Shown: one piece after another, positions 43,396 through 52,118 of the stretch
Numbering within the stretch: position 1 is the first letter of the stretch
Layout: each line of letters opens with the position of its first letter
NCBI GenBank assembly: GCA_963726245.1
Contig: CAVSBT010000020.1
Location: 1-52,118 of the forward strand
Origin: an uncultured Chloroflexia bacterium
Lineage (GTDB): Bacteria > Chloroflexota > Dehalococcoidia > DSTF01 > JALHUB01
Reading direction: 5' to 3'
Length of the DNA: 52,118 nucleotides
The notes under the pieces: model-generated
The model's database searches: none
Told to the model about the DNA's origin: nothing
Seen by the model: only the letters and a program-made list of their open reading frames with translations
Translations under genes and position numbers: made by a program

Positions 43396-44117
43396 TGACT
43401 TTGGCCCCTGACGACAGGCAGGCCTCTTCGCCCGGCAACCCCGCTCCTGAGGAGGTGGGCGCCATTGTCGTGGCTGCCGGACGCTCCCTCCGCATGGGCG
43501 GCCTGGACAAGCTCTTCGCTCCCCTCGGCGGGCGAGCCCTGCTGGCCCGCACACTCGCTGCTTTCCAGGAGTGCGACGCCGTCCACCGAATTGTCCTCGT
43601 CCTCGGCGCCGAGAACCTGGCGCGGGGCCTGGCTCTGGCCGAAGAGGAGCACCTGACAAAAGTGCGGACGGTCTGCCTCGGCGGGCGGCGCCGCCAGGAC
43701 TCGGTGCGGGAAGGTCTGGAGGTCCTGGGCCCCTGCGCCTGGGTGGTGGTACACGACGGCGGCCGCCCCCTGGTCACGCCGCAGCTCATCGAAGACGGGC
43801 TGGCGGCGGCCCGCGAGACGGGGGCCGCCGTCTGCGGGCTGCCCGCCCAGGACACGGTCAAGCGAGCGGACGAGCAGGGGCGGGTGCGGCGCACCCTGGA
43901 CCGGCGCCGTCTCTGGCTGGTTCAGACGCCTCAGGTCTTCCGGTACGATATACTGCGGGAGGCCCACGAACGCTCCCGCCGGCCGGCCACCGACGACGCC
44001 GCCCTGGTGGAGCGACTGGGCTACTCGGTGCGGGTCTACCCGGGCTCACCACGCAACTTGAAGGTGACGACGCCCGAGGACCTGGCGCTGGCCGGAGCGC
44101 TGCTGAAGCTACCTTGA
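43395..44117 (+). CDS. ispD: 2-C-methyl-D-erythritol 4-phosphate cytidylyltransferase
   Basis: AAGRSLRMGG.DK, RQDSV, VHDGGRP, QTPQ, TDDA and NLKVTTPED. Confidence 0.95.
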   Translation: MTLAPDDRQASSPGNPAPEEVGAIVVAAGRSLRMGGLDKLFAPLGGRALLARTLAAFQECDAVHRIVLVLGAENLARGLALAEEEHLTKVRTVCLGGRRRQDSVREGLEVLGPCAWVVVHDGGRPLVTPQLIEDGLAAARETGAAVCGLPAQDTVKRADEQGRVRRTLDRRRLWLVQTPQVFRYDILREAHERSRRPATDDAALVERLGYSVRVYPGSPRNLKVTTPEDLALAGALLKLP

Positions 44118-44155
44118 TCGGCGGCCGAGGATAGACTTGGGGGTAGTGTCAGGAT

Positions 44156-44234
44156 CTGTCAACGGATTGCAAAACGGATTGACGGATGGCGCTTCGAGAG
44201 GTATCCGTTAATCCGTTCGCTGATCCGTTGACAG
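44156..44234. repeat. Inverted repeat built from ACGGAT/ATCCGT units
   Basis: CTGTCAACGGATTGCAAAACGGATTGACGGAT ... ATCCGTTAATCCGTTCGCTGATCCGTTGACAG. Confidence 0.75.
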
Positions 44235-44254
44235 AAGGGAACAACCACGAGCGT

Positions 44255-44277
44255 GGAGGGCTGAAGCCCTCCGCTAC
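44255..44277 (-). repeat. GTAG-type REP palindrome
   Basis: Reverse complement GTAGCGGAGGGCTTCAGCCCTCC, nearly identical to the copies at 2378-2431. Confidence 0.8.
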
Positions 44278-44302
44278 GACGAGGCTCACCGAGAGGCTCG
44301 AT

Positions 44303-44770
44303 ATGCGCACCGGCATCGGCTACGACGTGCACGCCTTCGGGGAGAAGCGACCCCTCAAGCTGGGCGGCGTCCACGTCGAGCATGAGGAGGGGCTGCGCGG
44401 CCACTCCGACGCCGACGTCGTCCTCCACGCCATCACCGACGCCCTGCTGGGCGCCGCTTGCCTGGGCGACATCGGCCAGCACTTCCCATCTGACGACCCC
44501 TCCTACCGGGGCGTCGACAGCATGGTCCTCCTGCGACAGGTGGTAGGGCTGCTGCGCACCGTCGGCTACTCGCCGGCGAACGTAGACGTGACGGTCATCG
44601 CCGAGAGGCCCAAGCTCCAGCCGTACATACCCAGCATGCGGCAGCGGATCGCCGTCGCCCTCGGCATCCCGGAGACGTCGGTGAGCGTCAAGGCCACCAC
44701 CTCCGAGGGCTTGGGCGCCCTGGGCCGCGGCGAGGGTATTGCCGCTCTGGCCACGGCCTTGATAGAGTGA
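44303..44770 (+). CDS. ispF: 2-C-methyl-D-erythritol 2,4-cyclodiphosphate synthase
   Basis: MRTGIGYDVH, GHSDADV, GDIGQHF and KATTSEGLG. Confidence 0.95.
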   Translation: MRTGIGYDVHAFGEKRPLKLGGVHVEHEEGLRGHSDADVVLHAITDALLGAACLGDIGQHFPSDDPSYRGVDSMVLLRQVVGLLRTVGYSPANVDVTVIAERPKLQPYIPSMRQRIAVALGIPETSVSVKATTSEGLGALGRGEGIAALATALIE

Positions 44771-45463
44771 CACGCATGTCACTGGTCAAGAGCATCATCC
44801 GCGATATCCAGGCCACCCGTAGAGCGGGACCCGGCCGCTGTCAGCACCCTGGAGGTCGTGCTGGCCTACCCGGGCTTCCAGGCCCGCCAGTTCCACCGCC
44901 TGGCTCATACGCTTCACAAGCTTCGCGTTCCCGTGGTCCCCCGTCTCATCTCTAACACGAGCCGCTTCCTCACCGGCATCGAGATCCACCCCGGCGCGAA
45001 GATCGGCGAGGGGCTTCTTCATCGACCACGGCATGGGCGTGGTCATCGGCGAGACGGCGGAGATCGGGGACGACTGCACCTCTTCCAGGGCGTGACCCTG
45101 GGCGGCACCAGCACCAAGCGCGCCAAGCGTCACCCCACGCTGGGCAACAACGTCGTCGTCGGCGCCGGCGCCAGCCTCATCGGCGCCATCCACGTCGGAG
45201 ACAACGCCCGCATCGGGGCGGGCTCGGTCGTCGTCACCAACGTGCCCGACAACGCCACCGTGGTGGGCGTGCCCGGCCACGTCGTCGCCTTCCACGACCC
45301 CGGCGACGACACGGTGGTGCGGCTGCCCGACCCGGAGTGGGACCGCATACAGGCCCTGGAGGAGCGCATCCGGGTGCTGGAGGAGCGCCTGCGGACTCTG
45401 GAGGAGGGCCAGCGGAGGCGGGCGGCCAGCCTCTGCGAAGACCGGCAAGGAAAGAGCCAGTGA
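44767..45463 (+). CDS. cysE: Serine O-acetyltransferase (frameshifted)
   Basis: [32 protein letters not shown] and VVGVPG. Confidence 0.92.
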
Positions 45464-46858
45464 AGCTAGTCAACACCCTCACGCGCCAGAAGGAGGAGTT
45501 CGTCCCCCAGGGCGACACCGTCCGCATGTACGTCTGCGGCGTGACGCCCTACGACGAGAGCCACATCGGCCACGCCATGAGCTACATCGTCTTCGACGTG
45601 CTGCGCCGCTACCTGGAGTACCGGGGCTACGGCTCCACCACGTCCAGAACTTCACCGACATCGACGACCGGATCATCGCCCGCGCCGCCCGCCTGGAGAT
45701 CGACGTGGCGGAGCTGGCCGAGCGCTACATCGACCGCTACTTCGAGGACATGCGCGCCCTCAACATCCTGCCCGCCCACGTGTACCCGCGCGCCACCCAG
45801 GAGATCCCGGAGATGATCCGCATGATCGAGGGGCTTATCGATAAGGGCTATGCCTACGTGGCCGCGACGCAAGCGGGGCTGCCCGCGGGGCAGGGCGACG
45901 TCTACTACCGGGTACAGAGGAAGCAGGACTACGGCAAGCTCTCCGGGCGCAGCCTGGACGACATGATGGCCGGCGCCCGCGTCGAGCCCGGCGAGCGCAA
46001 GGAGAACCCGATGGACTTCGCGCTCTGGAAGGCGCCAAGCCCGGCGAGCCGGCCTGGGACAGCCCCTGGGGACCGGGGCGGCCCGGCTGGCACATCGAGT
46101 GCTCCGCCATGTCCCTCAAGTACCTCGGCGAGCAGATCGACATCCACGGCGGCGGCGAGGACCTCATCTTCCCCCACCACGAGAACGAGATCGCCCAGAC
46201 GGAGGCCTTCACGGACAAGGAGCCCTTCGTGCGCTACTGGCTGCACAACGCCTGGGTGCGGATGGGCGAAGAGAAGATGAGCAAGTCGCTGGGGAACTTC
46301 GTCCCCATGCGGGAGGCCGTCCAGCGCTGGGGCGCCGACGCCATCCGCCTCTTCGTCCTCACCTCCCACTATCGCAGCCCCCTCACCTATAGCGAGGAGG
46401 CCCTGGACGCCGCCAAGCGCGGCGCGGAGCGCCTGCGCACCAGCCTCAGCAGCGCCCCGGGCGCAGCCATCGCCTCGACCGGACCCGTTCAGGTCGACGC
46501 GGCGCCCTTCCGCGAGCGCTTCATCGAGGCCATGGACGACGACCTCAACACTCCCCAGGCTGTGGCCGCCCTCTTCGACCTGGCCCGCGAGATCAACCGC
46601 GCCCGCGACGAGGGCCAGGCCGTCGAGGAGGCCCAAGCCGCGCTCCGCGGGCTGGCCGACATCCTCGGCCTCACCCTGGCCGAGGAAGACGAGTCACTGG
46701 CGGCCGCTCCCTTCATCCAGCTTCTCATGGAGCTGCGCGAGGAGCTGCGCCAGGCCAAGCGTTTCGACCTGGCGGACCGCATCCGCAGCCGCCTCGGCGA
46801 GCTGGGCATCGCCCTGGAGGACACGGCCCAGGGCACCGTGTGGAAGCGGCGGGAGTAG
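45460..46858 (+). CDS. cysS: Cysteine--tRNA ligase (frameshifts ~45632 and ~46035)
   Basis: [41 protein letters not shown] and KMSKS. Confidence 0.95.
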
Positions 46859-46975
46859 TGGGGCCGCGGAACACGCCGCACGAATGTGCGGGAAGAGCAC
46901 GTATTGCGGCCACTGTGCCTCCTGTGCTATGATGCTCCCCGAAGAGTCTAAGGAAGGTTCGCAGCCGCCTGCCGA

Positions 46976-47242
46976 ATGCTGGTCAAAGAGAAGAAGGATA
47001 GCCTCATAACGGCGCACCGCCGCCACCAGACTGATACGGGCTCCCCCGAAGTGCAGGTGGCTCTCCTCACAGAGCAGATCAACCGGCTCACCGAGCACCT
47101 CAAGGTCCACCGCCATGACTACCACTCCCGGCGGGGACTCCTCCAGATGGTCGGACAGAGGCGAAGGCACCTAACCTACTTGAACAACCAGGACATCGAG
47201 CGCTACCGCTCCATTGTCTCCAAACTGGGCCTCCGCAAGTAA
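46976..47242 (+). CDS. rpsO: 30S ribosomal protein S15
   Basis: [10 protein letters not shown] and H..DYHSRRGL; upstream TTGCGG...TGCTATGAT promoter. Confidence 0.97.
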   Translation: MLVKEKKDSLITAHRRHQTDTGSPEVQVALLTEQINRLTEHLKVHRHDYHSRRGLLQMVGQRRRHLTYLNNQDIERYRSIVSKLGLRK

Positions 47243-47542
47243 AGAAGCGCCGAGGCCTTCGCACATCGACGGGAAGAAGCGAGAAGAAGGGTAGAAGACG
47301 TTCCCCGGGATCGTGATTACCCCTCAGGCAGACGTTAGCCCTGGGAAGAGGACGGTCCTCTAGGTAGGAGGGCGCCCTACCCCAATCGGGGCAGCGGTGC
47401 GATTTGCGTGAGCCCGCGCCCCGCCTTAGCGCTTATACTCGCGGCCTTCAAGGCCACAACCCGCAGGCGGCATCGCTAAACCAGCGCCTGCCCGAGGAGC
47501 ATACCTGCAAGCCCAAGATAAGGACCCGGAGGTTCCAAATCA

Positions 47543-49903
47543 ATGTCCCAAGTTCATCAACGCACCATCGGCGACCGCACCCTATCCATGGAGGTCGGGA
47601 AACTGGCGCTCCAGGCCGGCGGCGCCGTCACCGTTAGGTTCGGTGACACCGTCATTCTCGTCACCGCCTGCGCCAGCGCCGGACCGCGGGAAGGGATCGA
47701 CTTCCTTCCCCTCACCATCGACTACGAGGAGCGGCTCTACGCCGCCGGCAAGATACCGGGCAGCTTCTTCCGCCGCGAGGGCCGCCCCAGCACAGAGGCC
47801 GTCCTGGCCGGGCGACTCACTGACCGTCCCCTGAGGCCCCTCTTCCCGAAGGGCTACCGTAACGACGTGCAGGTGGTCATCACCGTCCTCTCCGCCGACC
47901 AGGAGAACGACCCCGACATACTGGCCACCATGGGCGCCTCCACCGCCCTCTGCATGTCCGATATCCCCTTCAGCGAGCCGGTGAGCTCGGTGCGGGTCGG
48001 CTACATCGATGGCCAGTACGTGGTCAATCCGACCTTCGCCCAACTCCAGGAAAGCCAGCTAGACCTGGTGGTGGCGAGCACCCGCGAGGCCGTGATGATG
48101 GTCGAGGCCGGCGCCAAGGAAGTGTCAGAGGACATGATCCTGGGCGCCATCCGCTTCGCCCACGAGACCAACCAGGAGATCATCGCGCTTCAGCAGGAGA
48201 TCATCGCCGAGCACGGGCAGCCCAAGAAGCCTCTGACCGTTGAGGAGCCGCCCGCCGAGCTGGGGCAGGAGGTGGCCCGCTTCGCCCAGGACAGGATGGG
48301 CGAGATCATCGCCGCCCTGGATAAGAGCGAGCGCGGGGGCGCGACCGCCGAGCGGCGCCAGGAGCTCCTGGAACGCTTCGGCGAAACCTATCAGCCGGAA
48401 CAGCTCCTGGCCGCTTTCGATCAAGAGATCAAGCGCGAGGTCAGGACGCGCATCCTCAAGGATGACGCGCGCCTGGACGGCCGCAAACCGACGGAGATCC
48501 GCACCATCACCTGCGAGGTGGGCATACTGCCCCGCGCCCACGGCTCTGGCCTCTTTAACCGCGGCCAGACGCAGGTCCTCACCATCGCCACCCTCGGCTC
48601 GATGGGCGAGGCGCAGCGTCTCGACACCCTCTCGCCGGAGGACAGCAAGCGCTTCCTGCACCACTACAACTTCCCGCCCTTCTCAGTCGGAGAGGTGCGG
48701 CGAATGGGCTCGCCGAGCCGTCGCGACCTGGGGCACGGCGCCCTGGCCGAGCGCGCCATCGAGCCCGTCATCCCCAGCGAGGAGGATTTCCCCTACACCA
48801 TCCGCCTGGTCTCCGAGGTGCTCTCCAGCAACGGCAGCACCTCGATGGCCAGCACCTGCGGCAGCACCCTTTCCCTGATGGACGCCGGCGTGCCCATCAA
48901 AGCGCCCGTGGCCGGCATCGCCATGGGGCTGATCATGGGCGAGGACGGCAACTACAAGGTCCTCACGGACATAGCCGGCATCGAGGACGCGCTGGGCGAC
49001 ATGGACTTCAAGGTCGCCGGCACCGCCGAAGGGATCACGGCCCTCCAGATGGACATCAAGGTCAAGGGCATCAACGTGGAGATCATGAAGGAGGCCCTGG
49101 CCCAGGCCCGCGAGGCACGGCTCTACTTGCTGGGGAAGATGCAGGAGACCATCTCCGAGAGCCGGGGCGAGCTCTCCCAATACGCGCCCCGCATGTACCG
49201 CATCCAGATATCGCCGGAGAAGATCGGGACCGTCATCGGCCCCGGCGGCCGCGTCATCCGTTCCATCATCGAGGAGACCAAGTGCAGCATCGACGTGGAG
49301 GACGACGGCACCGTCTACGTCGGCTCTTCGGATCAGGAGATGGCCAACCGCGCTCTCGAGATCATCAAGGGGCTGACCAGGGACGTAGAGGTGGGCACCA
49401 TCTACACGGGCAAGGTCACCCGCCTTCTCAACTTCGGCGCCTTCGTGGAGATCATGCCGGGCAAGGAAGGCCTGGTGCACATCTCCGAGCTGGCCGACTA
49501 CCGGGTGCCCAGCGTGGAGGACGTGGTGCAGGTGGGCGACGAGATCATGGTCATGGTGACCGAGATCGACGGCATGGGCCGCATCAACCTCTCCCGCCGG
49601 GCGGTGCTGGCGGGCGAGTCGGGCCCTCCGAAGCCCCCCGTGGGCGCCAGCGTCCCCTCCGGGGGAGGGGGACCCCCTCAGGGACCTCCTCAAGGACCTC
49701 CCCAGCGTCGAAGTGGCTACAGGGAGGGCCCACCTCCGCAGGGTGCACGACGGCGGGGCAACGGCCGCCCCGGTAGCAGCTTCGACCGGGAGGGTGGCGC
49801 TCGCCGCCGCGGCGGCCGCCGGCCCGACACAAGCTTCGACAGGCCTTCTGGACCGCCGCCGCCGCCGCGGCCGCCCTACGGGCGTCGTCCCGCAGGTCGC
49901 TAG
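47543..49903 (+). CDS. pnp: Polyribonucleotide nucleotidyltransferase
   Basis: [42 protein letters not shown] and S1 domains, and a G/P/R-rich tail. Confidence 0.97.
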   Translation: MSQVHQRTIGDRTLSMEVGKLALQAGGAVTVRFGDTVILVTACASAGPREGIDFLPLTIDYEERLYAAGKIPGSFFRREGRPSTEAVLAGRLTDRPLRPLFPKGYRNDVQVVITVLSADQENDPDILATMGASTALCMSDIPFSEPVSSVRVGYIDGQYVVNPTFAQLQESQLDLVVASTREAVMMVEAGAKEVSEDMILGAIRFAHETNQEIIALQQEIIAEHGQPKKPLTVEEPPAELGQEVARFAQDRMGEIIAALDKSERGGATAERRQELLERFGETYQPEQLLAAFDQEIKREVRTRILKDDARLDGRKPTEIRTITCEVGILPRAHGSGLFNRGQTQVLTIATLGSMGEAQRLDTLSPEDSKRFLHHYNFPPFSVGEVRRMGSPSRRDLGHGALAERAIEPVIPSEEDFPYTIRLVSEVLSSNGSTSMASTCGSTLSLMDAGVPIKAPVAGIAMGLIMGEDGNYKVLTDIAGIEDALGDMDFKVAGTAEGITALQMDIKVKGINVEIMKEALAQAREARLYLLGKMQETISESRGELSQYAPRMYRIQISPEKIGTVIGPGGRVIRSIIEETKCSIDVEDDGTVYVGSSDQEMANRALEIIKGLTRDVEVGTIYTGKVTRLLNFGAFVEIMPGKEGLVHISELADYRVPSVEDVVQVGDEIMVMVTEIDGMGRINLSRRAVLAGESGPPKPPVGASVPSGGGGPPQGPPQGPPQRRSGYREGPPPQGARRRGNGRPGSSFDREGGARRRGGRRPDTSFDRPSGPPPPPRPPYGRRPAGR

Positions 49904-50107
49904 AGGGGCCAGCGGGAGATTCCCCTGCCGGTTCGAATGTGCTAGAATCCAGTCGGATGGAGCGACCGGCGCGTGCCTGCGTCTTAGAGACAGGGACAGG
50001 CGGTCCGGCCTTCACCACGGCATCTCCCCCCAACCCCCTTCTCAGGGGCCGTAGCCGCGCAGGGTCTGCCCGTTCCCCAACGGACGCAGGCTCATCCTGA
50101 GGAATAG

Positions 50108-52118
<2,011 letters not shown>

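Noticed and set aside
44156-44234. Possible mini-CRISPR or iteron array
   Set aside because: The units are 6-8 nt and arranged as an inverted repeat without spacers; no cas or rep genes are present.
47243-47542. tRNA, SRP, 6S or tmRNA in the rpsO-pnp spacer
   Set aside because: No T-loop/CCA, SRP or tmRNA hallmarks; better explained as the pnp leader.

Overview
High-GC chromosomal window. Gene content and synteny suggest Chloroflexota, probably class Dehalococcoidia (inference, not a database result). Left to right it holds: an acyl-CoA ligase/crotonase catabolic cluster, ychF, a tatA with a zinc-ribbon tail, a csoR-copA copper operon, an M50 protease-murT-gatD-GH38 run, a sortase-type anchored cupredoxin, a low-GC HEPN-motif gene bracketed by REP palindromes, an SDR, malic enzyme, an M16 peptidase, groESL with a perfect CIRCE, XRE-DUF2851, tsaD with a receptor-like PP2C-fold/beta-propeller protein, a speD-like/DHS-like/speB polyamine operon behind a structured leader, the parB-parA-jag-yidC-yidD-rnpA-rpmH block with a parS site but no dnaA, yacL-ispD-ispF-cysE-cysS, rpsO-pnp and gyrB (running off the right edge). 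About 20 genes, including essential ones, carry frameshifts that are most likely long-read assembly indels. Several families of small palindromic repeats occupy intergenic regions, stop codons and even coding sequence. No rRNA, tRNA, CRISPR array or transposase was seen. The best candidates for new biology are the REP-bracketed HEPN cassette, the spermidine-synthase-less polyamine operon and its leader RNA, a ~96-bp element anchored on TAG stop codons, and the pseudo-PP2C receptor.
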